Below, piece by piece: positions 11,012 through 20,696 of a stretch of DNA of 64,000 nt; within the stretch, counting starts at the first letter, position 1; every line of letters starts with the position of its first letter. The DNA comes from Candidatus Nomurabacteria bacterium. GTDB lineage: Bacteria > Patescibacteriota > Minisyncoccia > Phycocordibacterales > UBA9973. Position numbers and translations under genes: made by a program. The DNA lies in contig JAPLXS010000006.1 of assembly GCA_026395965.1 (NCBI GenBank), positions 10,851 through 74,850 of the forward strand. Direction: 5' to 3'. The notes beneath the pieces were generated by a model, which did no database searches, had not been told where the DNA came from, and was given only the letters and a program-made list of their open reading frames with translations.

Positions 11012-12367
11012 CTATTCTTTTATTAACTTAATCGCATCTTCCATTGGTATTGCATATTTACGTCGTGAAGCTTCTATTATTTCACTACGATAAGACACAT
11101 GAGTAGGTTCTAGCACTCTCAATGTTTCTGCTGAAAATGGATCATAACTCTCACCATCTATTGTCATTTTTATATAAAATTCTCCTACTCCTAAATTTAT
11201 CATATCTTTTACATCAAAGACTGGTGCAAATTCTGGTTTGAGTTTAGTAGCATCATCTCCTCCGACACGGAATGAGACAATAGTGCTTATATTTCCGAGT
11301 ACTGCTTGTTGTAACTTTGGTAAAAGCTGACCGATATATTGATGAGAAACTATTAGGTTTATGCCATATTTTCTTGCTTCTGATAAAAGATTTTCAAAAG
11401 TATCTGTGATAATGTTATGAAATTCATCTATATATAAATAAAAATCATTGGATTCTTTTGCTCCATGTATAACCCTTTCCATACCTGCTTGTTTTATTTT
11501 TGTTAAAAATATTGAACCAAACAAAGAAGAATTTTCCTCACCGATTTTTCCTTTTGAAAGATTTATTAAAAGAATTTTTTTATCATTCATTAATTGTTCA
11601 ATATTTATTTTATTTTTTTGCTGCCCGAAAATATTTCGAAGCATAGGGTCGGATAGAAATTGCCCTAGTTTATTTACTAGTGGAATAATAGTGTCTGTAT
11701 CAAATTTTAGGGCCCAGTGTTCAAATTCGACAGACCAGAATTTATGCACCATATCGTCTTTTATATTTTCTATAACCTTATCACGATAAGCACTATCAGT
11801 AAGCATTAAAATCATACCTTGCATTGTGGCTTCCTTATAATCCATAAGCGCAAGCAATGTAAAACGAAAAATATGCTCCAATCTTGGAGTCCAATTTGAT
11901 CCGAATTGTTTTCTCAAAACTTCTATAAAACCATGAGTAAGTTGATGTTTAAAAGTTGGATTAATATCTGCTAGTGGATTAAAAGATACTGGATATGCCA
12001 CATCATCTGGATCAACAATACAAACATCATCTACCCTTTCTTTGGGTATAAAGTCCAAAATATCATGAACAAGTTCTCCATGTGGGTCAATAATACAAAC
12101 ACCATGACCATAGGCTATATCCTGACGAATCATAAGTTCTTGTAGTTTAGATTTACCTACACCAGACTTTCCAATAATATACATGTGACGTCTTCGGTCA
12201 ACACGCTTTATTCCAAACACAAATTTCTTTTCTTCTAGGGCAGCTACATAATTGGTCCGTCCGATAAACACAACTTCACTTGGGTCTGCTTTTCCAAGGG
12301 TTGGTAGATCTGGAGGAGGAGGAGCATATTTGATTATTTGAATTTTATTTGGTTTATTTAAAGACAT
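11012..12367 (-). CDS. Second VirD4/TraG-like ATPase (start moved to MSLNKP)
   Basis: GKSGVGKS, DPHGE, YIDEFH, SEARKY; paralog of 7107..9296. Confidence 0.85.
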   Translation of the reverse strand: MSLNKPNKIQIIKYAPPPPDLPTLGKADPSEVVFIGRTNYVAALEEKKFVFGIKRVDRRRHMYIIGKSGVGKSKLQELMIRQDIAYGHGVCIIDPHGELVHDILDFIPKERVDDVCIVDPDDVAYPVSFNPLADINPTFKHQLTHGFIEVLRKQFGSNWTPRLEHIFRFTLLALMDYKEATMQGMILMLTDSAYRDKVIENIKDDMVHKFWSVEFEHWALKFDTDTIIPLVNKLGQFLSDPMLRNIFGQQKNKINIEQLMNDKKILLINLSKGKIGEENSSLFGSIFLTKIKQAGMERVIHGAKESNDFYLYIDEFHNIITDTFENLLSEARKYGINLIVSHQYIGQLLPKLQQAVLGNISTIVSFRVGGDDATKLKPEFAPVFDVKDMINLGVGEFYIKMTIDGESYDPFSAETLRVLEPTHVSYRSEIIEASRRKYAIPMEDAIKLIKE

Positions 12368-12416
12368 TATGTATAAATTGTAACAAATTAAAATAAAATA
12401 GTATAATATACTTATT

Positions 12417-13736
12417 ATGAATGAAAAAGAGTTACCTAAAATAAATTCGGAGGTATTAATAGAAAAAAAATTATCATTATTACAAAAAGGAGAATCATAT
12501 ATCAAAAAACTTGGACCTGGAATAATAACAGGTGCAGCCGATGATGATCCTTCTGGTATAGCTACATATTCACAGACAGGTGCTCAATACGGAACTGGTC
12601 TACTATGGCTCGCTGCCTGGACATTTCCGCTTATGGCTATGGTCCAAGAAATGTGTGCTCGTATATCACTAGTTACAGGTAGAGGTTTGGCTGCAAATAT
12701 TAAATATTCCTATTCAAAAAAAGTTCTTTATCTTTGCACCGCCTTACTTTTCGTAGCCAATACTTTAAATATAGGCGCTGATTTAGGTGCTATGGCAAAA
12801 GCCATTCAACTTATATCTCCTTCTATACCCTTTTCTTTCCTAGTTATATTTATTGGTATTACTGGTCTACTTATGGAAATATTCGTTCCGTATAAAAAAT
12901 ATGCCAAATATCTTAAATGGTTAGTTATCACACTATTCTCATATGTAATAACTGGATTAATGATAAATATGGATTGGTCTCTACTGCTTCATGATGGACT
13001 TATTCCTCAAATAACTTTTTCTAAAACACAGATACTTCTCATAACAGGTATTTTAGGAACAACAATATCTCCTTATCTTTTTTTCTGGCAAACATCTCAA
13101 GAAGTTGAAGAACAAATAGCAGAAGGTAAAACAACTGCTCACTCACGCAGAGGAACAAATATAGCTGAAATAAAATCAATGAGAATAGATGTATGGTCTG
13201 GAATGTTTCTATCTAACTTAGTAATGTTTTTTATAGTTGCAGTGTGTGCAAACACACTTTTCTTAAATGGTATTACTGATATAGGCACGGCCAGTGATGC
13301 AGCTGCAGCATTAAAACCATTTGCTGGACAATTCGCAACACTACTCTTCACTATCGGAATAATAGGAACTGGATTACTTGCAATACCTGTTTTAGCTGGG
13401 TCAACATCTTATGCCATCTCAGAAAGTTTTGGATGGAAAGAAGGTTTGTATCGTAAATTAAATGAAGCTCGTTCTTTTTATGCAGTCATAATAGTATCTA
13501 TTTTAATAGGAATTATTATAAATTTCTTAGGTATAAACCCCATCAAAGCTCTCATATACTCAGCTATCGCAAATGGTATAGTAGCTCCCGTAATAATAGT
13601 ATGTATAGTTCATATAAGTTCAAACCATAAAATTATGGGTCATTTCAAAAATTCAAAATTTACCAATATAGTAGGTTGGCTTATCGCTACAATAATGGGT
13701 ATTACAGCTATTGCTGCAATATATTCTCTTTTTTAA
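12417..13736 (+). CDS. Nramp-family divalent metal transporter
   Basis: LGPGIITGAADDDPSG, GTTISPY, multiple TM helices. Confidence 0.9.
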   Translation: MNEKELPKINSEVLIEKKLSLLQKGESYIKKLGPGIITGAADDDPSGIATYSQTGAQYGTGLLWLAAWTFPLMAMVQEMCARISLVTGRGLAANIKYSYSKKVLYLCTALLFVANTLNIGADLGAMAKAIQLISPSIPFSFLVIFIGITGLLMEIFVPYKKYAKYLKWLVITLFSYVITGLMINMDWSLLLHDGLIPQITFSKTQILLITGILGTTISPYLFFWQTSQEVEEQIAEGKTTAHSRRGTNIAEIKSMRIDVWSGMFLSNLVMFFIVAVCANTLFLNGITDIGTASDAAAALKPFAGQFATLLFTIGIIGTGLLAIPVLAGSTSYAISESFGWKEGLYRKLNEARSFYAVIIVSILIGIIINFLGINPIKALIYSAIANGIVAPVIIVCIVHISSNHKIMGHFKNSKFTNIVGWLIATIMGITAIAAIYSLF

Positions 13737-13925
13737 AAAGAAAATATATCTAATGTTTATAGGATTAAGACCACAATATAAAATATATGTATTGTGGTCT
13801 TAATCCTTATATACCCATACCTGCAACAGGTTCCTCACTTTTGGGTCTTGCAAAAAATATAAAATACGGTAAGATAGAAGTATCTTAATTATTAAGTTGA
13901 TATTTTAATAATTAACGATGTTTTT

Positions 13926-13998
13926 GGGCCTTTAGCTCATCTGGTAGAGCGCCTCATTTGCAATGAGGAGGTAAGCGGTCCGAGTCCGCTAAGGTCCA
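13926..13998 (+). tRNA. tRNA-Ala(TGC); CCA not encoded; T-loop TCCGAGT
   Basis: Full cloverleaf gggcctt...aaggtcca, anticodon loop tt-tgc-aa, G3:U70 Ala determinant. Confidence 0.95.
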
Positions 13999-14194
13999 CA
14001 TATTAAAAAAGCTCCATAAATGGAGCTTTTTTAATATGTGGACCTTAAGAAAGCAAACTGCTTTGCTTTCGTGCGGACTCGGACAGCGGAATCATATTTT
14101 TGAAGCATTAAAAATAGATGAGCTGGTGCCTAGACAAAACTTTTTGTAGAAAAAGTTTTAGTCGAGGGAGAGAAACGTACTCGTGGTCCGCTAA
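13990..14194. repeat. tRNA-Ala 3'-derived inverted-repeat element
   Basis: 27-bp perfect hairpin including the tRNA acceptor strand; gcggactcggac (reverse complement of T-arm) at 14073; gtccgctaa copy at 14186. Confidence 0.75.
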
Positions 14195-14214
14195 TTCTAA
14201 CCAACCTTCTTTAC

Positions 14215-14330
14215 TTGACACTTACAACAATAGTGCTACCATATATACCATAAAGTTCTTTAATATTATTTAGTAACGGTTTATTGGGTTTTCCCCGCTT
14301 CTTTATAGAAGTAGAGATAACTCAATAAAT
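14215..14330 (+). promoter_or_regulatory. Sigma70 promoter, boxA-like motif and 23-bp hairpin leader (copy 1)
   Basis: TTGACA..TGcTACCAT; gttctttaatat; hairpin 14280-14329 similar to 36280-36329 on the minus strand. Confidence 0.65.
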
Positions 14331-14351
14331 TAACAACTAAATACGATAAAC

Positions 14352-14801
14352 ATGGAAAAAACAATTAGATTACTTGTTGAAACTGCCCTTGCGGCAGTTC
14401 TAGGGATTATCCTAGGATTTATGCTGGTAGAAAATTTTTATTATTATATGTATGTTTTTATAATAATAAATTTAGCTCTTTTCGTAGAAACATTAATAAG
14501 CTTAAAAAAAGCGGCAGATTGTTTAGATTACGACGAAGATGTTCCACATTTTGTAAAATTTTTTATGGAATGTATGACTAATCCAATAGAAGGATTGATT
14601 CGGAAATTCAAATTAGATTCAATTTTATTTGCAAGTTTCTTTTTTTTCTTTTTAGGATCGATGGGATATTCTATAGCAATTAGCGTAATTCATATTAAAA
14701 ATATGATGTTCATAATATTTTACATAATATTATTAGCAATATATGCTCTATTTTATATTCGTGCATTGATAATTTATCAAAAAAAACACGCTTTTAGATA
14801 A
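14352..14801 (+). CDS. Hypothetical membrane protein (about 4 TM)
   Basis: 149-aa hydrophobic ORF with upstream promoter and downstream hairpin. Confidence 0.65.
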   Translation: MEKTIRLLVETALAAVLGIILGFMLVENFYYYMYVFIIINLALFVETLISLKKAADCLDYDEDVPHFVKFFMECMTNPIEGLIRKFKLDSILFASFFFFFLGSMGYSIAISVIHIKNMMFIIFYIILLAIYALFYIRALIIYQKKHAFR

Positions 14802-14926
14802 AAAAATCAAAATCCATTATCAACATATTGTTGATAATGGATTTTTTATTTTGTATATAATTATTTGCTCATAAAAAAAATCCCTTTAATTCAAAAGAAT
14901 AAAAGGGATTGATTGATAAAATAATA

Positions 14927-15565
14927 TTAAACTGTTCGATTTGGTACCACAATATGAATCAAATGGTCTTTTTCCCAAATACGATGATCATCAAAATGAT
15001 GCAATCGAAGAGTTAACCCTGTAGCATAAAAATATACATTTGCAACAAAGTATTTCTTTTCATTTTTAAAAAGAAAAAATGTAGCATTACCTTTATCACC
15101 TAAGTGATCAGGATACTTTTTGCAAAAGTTTTTAATCTGATGTTGAGTTAGACAAAGACAATCTAGGTCAGAATTCAATGAGCCGAACATTTGTGAATAA
15201 TTAGAGTTTCTAATTAATCCATAAATTTCAACAGTAGTTTCTGGTGTAGGTACAACTGATTTATTTTTATCTAAAATGTTGCAGCTATTCTTTGCAAACG
15301 AAGGAAAGACATGTTTTGAGTTTTCCAAAGTTAGAGTACCATCAACGGCATCAATTTTTAAAAAATCTGAACCAGGGATTAATCCTAATCTCATTTCTTT
15401 TTCAAGAGGTTTAATTAATAATTCCTCACGACATTCGTAAGAAAGATTACTAAACCATTTCATTTGACTCGGTGTAATTTTTCCTTTTTGCATATCTTGC
15501 AATATTTCTACTTGTATCGCAATTAATTCTTGAACCGATAATTGGTCGATTTTTCTTCTTTTCAT
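14927..15565 (-). CDS. Hypothetical protein
   Basis: 212-aa ORF with TTGACT-17-TATAAT promoter upstream. Confidence 0.7.
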   Translation of the reverse strand: MKRRKIDQLSVQELIAIQVEILQDMQKGKITPSQMKWFSNLSYECREELLIKPLEKEMRLGLIPGSDFLKIDAVDGTLTLENSKHVFPSFAKNSCNILDKNKSVVPTPETTVEIYGLIRNSNYSQMFGSLNSDLDCLCLTQHQIKNFCKKYPDHLGDKGNATFFLFKNEKKYFVANVYFYATGLTLRLHHFDDHRIWEKDHLIHIVVPNRTV

Positions 15566-15713
15566 GATATTATTTTTATTTTTTAAAAGAAATTCCTCTA
15601 CTTAGTCAGTTTTAAAGCAGCGAGAGGTTTACTGTATTTAAACAGTATTATATCAGTATATTTTAAAAAGTCAATCACAAATACCCCATACTATATGGGG
15701 TTAATTTTGTTTT

Positions 15714-16748
15714 TTAAATTATTTTGTAAAAAAATTGTATTAAAAGATATAAGATATAATCATACCATCTCATTGGGTAAGTCTTTGTTTCAAATAGTAC
15801 TGTATCTTTTTTCCACTCATTTATGATAGCTGAAATTTTACCAACCGCTTGTTGATTATTAAAGAAAATTCCAACTTCTGAATTCATTTCAAATGATAAA
15901 TAATCCAGATTATTTGATCCTACTATTGCCTCTTTATCATCAATAGTCATTATTTTTGCATGATTCATGTGTTGCTCGAGATAAAAAATCACACCGAGAT
16001 ATGATAATTTATTCATAAAAAAATGATTAACCCTATCAACAAAATAGCTATCAGTATTTTGAGGTACCAATATCTCAACTCTAACTCCCCTTAAAATAGC
16101 TTGGTGTAACTCTGCTATGAGCCAGCTTTTGGGCATAAAATATGGAGTTACCAGAAAAACACTTTTTTGAGAATTTGATAAATGATTTTTATATATTTTT
16201 TTTAAATTATATTTATTCTTGACTGGAGAATGTTCAACAAGCCAATCATTTATAATATTTTTTAAAATTTTATTCTTAGCATGGATTAGTAATAGAGGGT
16301 CTTTACCTCCAGATTCTTTATAAGTTTTTGCAAATGATTTAACAATAAATGAGACTAGTTTTCCGTCTATTTGAACCATCAAATCATTCCAAAGTGACGC
16401 ACTTTGGTGAAAGTTTACCCCACCTACAAAGGCAATCTTTTCATCGACTATTAAAATCTTTCTATGAGTTCTATGTAAAAAATAACTCAAAAAAATTAAT
16501 TCAACTCCAGTATCACGGAGTTCTTGCGCTATCTTATTGCTTAAACTATAACTTCCAAAATAATCTAATATAATTCTAACTCGTAATCCATTATGTGCTT
16601 TTTCTTTTAATAATTTGATAAAATTAAAATCTATCATATCATCTTGAAAAATATACATCTCAAGATATATAGACTTTTCAGCAGAAAGCATAATATTATA
16701 CATCGCTTGCCATGATTTTTGTGAATTAGCAAAAAATTTATAATGCAT
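15714..16748 (-). CDS. Phospholipase D / cardiolipin synthase-like protein (start moved to MHYKFF)
   Basis: Two HKD motifs HRKILIVD and HAKIMTID; TPYF. Confidence 0.88.
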   Translation of the reverse strand: MHYKFFANSQKSWQAMYNIMLSAEKSIYLEMYIFQDDMIDFNFIKLLKEKAHNGLRVRIILDYFGSYSLSNKIAQELRDTGVELIFLSYFLHRTHRKILIVDEKIAFVGGVNFHQSASLWNDLMVQIDGKLVSFIVKSFAKTYKESGGKDPLLLIHAKNKILKNIINDWLVEHSPVKNKYNLKKIYKNHLSNSQKSVFLVTPYFMPKSWLIAELHQAILRGVRVEILVPQNTDSYFVDRVNHFFMNKLSYLGVIFYLEQHMNHAKIMTIDDKEAIVGSNNLDYLSFEMNSEVGIFFNNQQAVGKISAIINEWKKDTVLFETKTYPMRWYDYILYLLIQFFYKII

Positions 16749-16843
16749 ATTAATATTATACACTAAATCTAAGCTTAAAATATGCAATAAAATCAAATAT
16801 ATACAACTACTTACCTTAAATAAAATATAGTATAATACATAAT

Positions 16844-17080
16844 ATGAATACAGAAGATGAAGAAATAATAATAGTAAAAGATGCTCATGGTAATACTCTT
16901 GAAAATGGAAACAGTGTGACTCTTATTAAAGATTTAAAAGTAAAAGGTACATCTATAACTCTCAAAAAAGGTACGAAGATTAAAAATATTCGCCTCACCG
17001 ACGATGAAGATCTAGTAGACTGCAATGCCGATGGAATCAAAGGCCTTGTACTAAGAACCGAATTTTTAAAGAAGGCATAG
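16844..17080 (+). CDS. PhnA/YjdM C-terminal domain protein
   Basis: VKDAHGNTLENGNSVTLIKDLKVKG..KNIRL..EFLKKA. Confidence 0.85.
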   Translation: MNTEDEEIIIVKDAHGNTLENGNSVTLIKDLKVKGTSITLKKGTKIKNIRLTDDEDLVDCNADGIKGLVLRTEFLKKA

Positions 17081-17165
17081 ACAAAATAATTTATATTTTT
17101 AAAAACTTATATTGAATACTATAAAGTATTATTCAATATAATTAATATTATGATATAATCAGTCT

Positions 17166-17825
17166 ATGAAACAATCAAGATTAGACCAATTATCAGACGG
17201 TATTTTTGCTATAGTTATGACTATTTTAGTTTTTGAGATACGAGTACCTGAATTTATGGGTATAGTAAATGAAAAAACTCTTATACATTCTTTAATAATT
17301 TTATCTCCTCTTTTACTCAGCTATCTTCTTAGTTTTTCGCTTCTTTTTACGTATTGGAGATCTCACCATATAATAGCTTCTGTACTCGCAAAAAATATTG
17401 ATGTTCAATTTACAAATCTAAGTGGAATTTTCTTATTTTTAGTTGCTCTTGTTCCATTTTCATCTCACTTTCTTGGAAGTTATATATATTTAAAAACTGC
17501 AGTTATTTTGTTTGCTTTAAATATTATTTTAATAGGTATTTCTCTTTATGCAATGAGACAATATGCTATAAAATCAGAAACAATTGCAAATACTCCTTTT
17601 ACTAGAAAAGAAAATGAGCATGCAAATATGCACATACTATTCCCTCTTTTTGCTTCTATTTTAGCTATAGTTATTTCTTTTTATAGCACAAAGATCGCAA
17701 TTCTTTTATTTACTCTAGCTATTCTTTTTAATTTATCAAAAAATGGAACAAAATATATGTTTTATTTAGTTGATATATTTAGAAATAACACACCGGACAC
17801 TGAAATTATAAAAGAAAGTAATTAA
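17166..17825 (+). CDS. TMEM175-family potassium channel
   Basis: RLDQLSDGIFAIVMTILV signature, 6 TM. Confidence 0.88.
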   Translation: MKQSRLDQLSDGIFAIVMTILVFEIRVPEFMGIVNEKTLIHSLIILSPLLLSYLLSFSLLFTYWRSHHIIASVLAKNIDVQFTNLSGIFLFLVALVPFSSHFLGSYIYLKTAVILFALNIILIGISLYAMRQYAIKSETIANTPFTRKENEHANMHILFPLFASILAIVISFYSTKIAILLFTLAILFNLSKNGTKYMFYLVDIFRNNTPDTEIIKESN

Positions 17826-17829
17826 TACA

Positions 17830-17871
17830 TAATAAAAATAAACCCCATACAATTGGGGTTTATTTTTATTA
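17830..17871. terminator. Bidirectional terminator hairpin
   Basis: taataaaaataaacccca..tggggtttatttttatta between convergent genes. Confidence 0.75.
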
Positions 17872-17873
17872 TA

Positions 17874-18878
17874 TTATTTCTTATCGCTGGCAAGTTTTAT
17901 AATGTGTTCAACAAATTCTGACATACCAGACCCAACAGCTTCAAATGCTTTTGGCATAAGAGATTCATCGGTAAGTCCTGGTAAAGTATTTACTTCGAGT
18001 ATATATATACCTTTTTTGGGATGAACAATAAAATCACTTCTAGAATAATGATTTAGATTTAATCCAGTGTGAACAAGAGAAGCAAGATTTTCTAATTCTT
18101 TCTTTTCTTCTTCGGTAAAATTACCTGGGCAAATCTCTTGAGACATACCGTTATATTTTATATCTTTATTAAAAAATGTACTTGTTTTTGGGATTCGTAT
18201 TTCGATTGGTGGAAAAGTGTATACTTTCTTGCCGCGAAAATTATCCACTACTCCTACTGTTGCTTCTTTTCCTATTATAAATTCTTCTACAAGAACACTT
18301 ACTTTTTGATTTACCCCATCTAGAAATGCATTTACAAGAGATTCAAATGTTTTACAAACATGAATACCCATAGATGAACCTCCGTTTATAGGTTTTACAA
18401 TCCAAGGTGGAGAAATCTTTTCCCAAACTTCTTTAGCTTTTTTCTTTGCATATATATCTATTGATTCATCAAAATATTCTTTGTAGGCAGGAAAAACAAT
18501 ATGCTTAGGGGTTTTAATACCTAGTTTTATAAATTCATTTTTTGCTAAAGATTTATTGTAAGCTAGAGTAGAAGCAAGTGATCCAGACCCAGTATAAGGT
18601 ACACCTAACTGCTCTAAATGTTTTTGAACTTGACCATCTTCACCATAGTTTCCATGAAGAGCATTTATTATAATATCTACCTTCTCTGCTACCTTATCTA
18701 AGGTTATTGGAATACCATTTACATGCCAGACACCATCTCTATCTATAAAAATATCAATCGGGGTATATTTATCTTTCATTCTATCTTCACGCAAATGGAA
18801 AAGAACCTGGGACCCACTGGCCAAGGAAACTTCATATTCATCACTAGATCCTCCACGGATAACTCCAACCTTAATCAT
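17874..18878 (-). CDS. ddl: D-alanine--D-alanine ligase
   Basis: GGSSDEYEVS, LHGNYGEDG, GSSMG, LEVNTLPG. Confidence 0.95.
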   Translation of the reverse strand: MIKVGVIRGGSSDEYEVSLASGSQVLFHLREDRMKDKYTPIDIFIDRDGVWHVNGIPITLDKVAEKVDIIINALHGNYGEDGQVQKHLEQLGVPYTGSGSLASTLAYNKSLAKNEFIKLGIKTPKHIVFPAYKEYFDESIDIYAKKKAKEVWEKISPPWIVKPINGGSSMGIHVCKTFESLVNAFLDGVNQKVSVLVEEFIIGKEATVGVVDNFRGKKVYTFPPIEIRIPKTSTFFNKDIKYNGMSQEICPGNFTEEEKKELENLASLVHTGLNLNHYSRSDFIVHPKKGIYILEVNTLPGLTDESLMPKAFEAVGSGMSEFVEHIIKLASDKK

Positions 18879-18943
18879 TATTTTATTATAACAATAATAG
18901 TAAATAATAGAAATAAATTTAAGCTATATTTTTAAAGAGGAAA

Positions 18944-18982
18944 TAATTTTAGGGGTTAATTTTAGGGGTTGGACCCCTAAAA
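18944..18982. repeat. REP-like palindrome, family A, single copy with a duplicated half
   Basis: ttttaggggtTGGacccctaaaa preceded by a direct repeat of taattttaggggtt. Confidence 0.75.
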
Positions 18983-18983
18983 C

Positions 18984-20288
18984 TTACTTCAGGAAGTTTT
19001 TATTTCTTTTTAGTTTATGAAATGCTATAGCAAATCGATGTGCTTCGGTATTTATTAGTAGTATTTCTTTCTTGTATTTTTTAATTAATACTTCATCACC
19101 CATTATTGCTTTGGCTTTATGTTTGTCATCTTTTACTACTGATACAACTGGGATTTTAAATTGATACCTATCAAGTACAGCCTTGGCTACATTTACCTGA
19201 GCTACACTACCATCCATAACAATAAGGTTAGGAAGCCCCCATTCAATATGTCGGAGGCGCCGAGACAGAACTTCTTCTAAAGCACCAGTATCGTTTGATT
19301 TTGTTTGGGTTTTTATTATAAATTTCTTATATTCACCTTTTTCCAATTCCCCATTTTCAATAACAGTCATTACGCCTACCATACTAGACCCTCCCATGTG
19401 TGCTATGTCATAAGCCTCGATACGAAACTTTAGAGTATCATTATTTTCTGGAATATAATTACCAAACATTTCTTCCCTCAGAAGAGCAACATCATTTATA
19501 TGTTCAAGAGCAAAAATTCTTTTCTTTATTTCACCTGCTTTTTCGAATTCTTTCTTTTTTGCAGCAGCAACCATCTCTTTCTTAAAATTTATTATTACGC
19601 TTTTCTTTTTTCCTTCAAAAAATAATTTAAGATTTTTAATATTATTTTTATATTCTAAAGACGCAGCAGAAAATTTATTTTTAGTTGAATCATCCCAAGT
19701 TTTAGAGGTACAACCACCGGAGCCACATATGGTTGGACTTCTAAAACTTTGAGACTCAACAAAAGGAACTAGACCTAGCTGTTTATAAAATTCTTTATTA
19801 TTTTTTTTACTGGACTGCTCATCTATAAATGGAAATATTCTTCTTATTATTTTCATCGCATCTCTTAACTGTAATCCATTTGGAAAAGGCCCGTAGACTA
19901 CTTGGTAATTTTCTTTCTTTAAATATCTACCACGAATAACCAAAACCTTTGGTATTTGATCTTTTGTTATACAAACATAATTAAAACTCTTATTGTCCTT
20001 TTCTTTTGTATTATACTTGGGTTGATATTTCTTTATTAGATTGGCTTCCAATATTAAAGCCTCGAGAACACTATCTGTCTCTTTCCATTTTATAGAAGTT
20101 GCTATGGTTACCATATCAAGCAACATAGGACCACGAGTCACTATCAAATCCTTGCCAAAATAGCTCTTTACTCTATCTGCTAGTGAGGTGGCTTTACCTA
20201 TATAGAGTATATCTTTGCCTTTATAGAAAAAATAAACACCTGGGGCTTTAGGTAACTTAATATTTTTTAACTGTTGACTATTCATCAT
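18984..20288 (-). CDS. uvrC: Short UvrC (GIY-YIG, UVR and RNase H-like domains; no HhH) carrying a palindromic in-frame insert
   Basis: PGVY..YIGKA, ALILEANLIKKYQPKYN, IEAYDIAH, EAHRFA. Confidence 0.88.
   Translation of the reverse strand: MMNSQQLKNIKLPKAPGVYFFYKGKDILYIGKATSLADRVKSYFGKDLIVTRGPMLLDMVTIATSIKWKETDSVLEALILEANLIKKYQPKYNTKEKDNKSFNYVCITKDQIPKVLVIRGRYLKKENYQVVYGPFPNGLQLRDAMKIIRRIFPFIDEQSSKKNNKEFYKQLGLVPFVESQSFRSPTICGSGGCTSKTWDDSTKNKFSAASLEYKNNIKNLKLFFEGKKKSVIINFKKEMVAAAKKKEFEKAGEIKKRIFALEHINDVALLREEMFGNYIPENNDTLKFRIEAYDIAHMGGSSMVGVMTVIENGELEKGEYKKFIIKTQTKSNDTGALEEVLSRRLRHIEWGLPNLIVMDGSVAQVNVAKAVLDRYQFKIPVVSVVKDDKHKAKAIMGDEVLIKKYKKEILLINTEAHRFAIAFHKLKRNKNFLK
19697..19749. repeat. Family A REP doublet inserted in frame in uvrC
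   Basis: aagttttagaggtacaacca-N13-tggttggacttctaaaactt. Confidence 0.85.
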
Positions 20289-20342
20289 ATTTATGATATA
20301 TTAAATATTAAATTTACACAATATTCTCAATAATTTAAATCA

Positions 20343-20651
20343 TTGATTATGATACAAGATGCAGAAGGGGTTTACACAAGAACTCAGGCTTTCAATTTTT
20401 TAAAAAATCTTTTAGGTATACCTAAAAGATCACTCATCAACGAGGAATTTTTTATGTTGTTCTTTATTGATTCTGGAAATTTTTATTTAATTAAAAAACC
20501 AGAAGACATAATTAAAGCACTGTTTACACAAGAAGGCATTGTTGAACTCAATAAAACATATTACCAGAAAAAACTGGAAAATAATAATATTGAAGCCGAT
20601 GAAATCTCAAAAAAAGTAATGGATCATTTTAGAGAATTACTCTGTAAATAA
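20343..20651 (+). CDS. Hypothetical protein
   Basis: About 100-aa ORF filling the gap between uvrC and uvrA; start uncertain. Confidence 0.55.
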   Translation: MIMIQDAEGVYTRTQAFNFLKNLLGIPKRSLINEEFFMLFFIDSGNFYLIKKPEDIIKALFTQEGIVELNKTYYQKKLENNNIEADEISKKVMDHFRELLCK

Positions 20652-20696
20652 TTCATTATAAATTTATTCTTAAAGCTATCAGAAATTCTGATAGCT

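Noticed and set aside
14927-15565. Possible DGR target with a C-type-lectin-like C-terminus
   Set aside because: No reverse transcriptase and no adenine-variant template repeat seen in the window.
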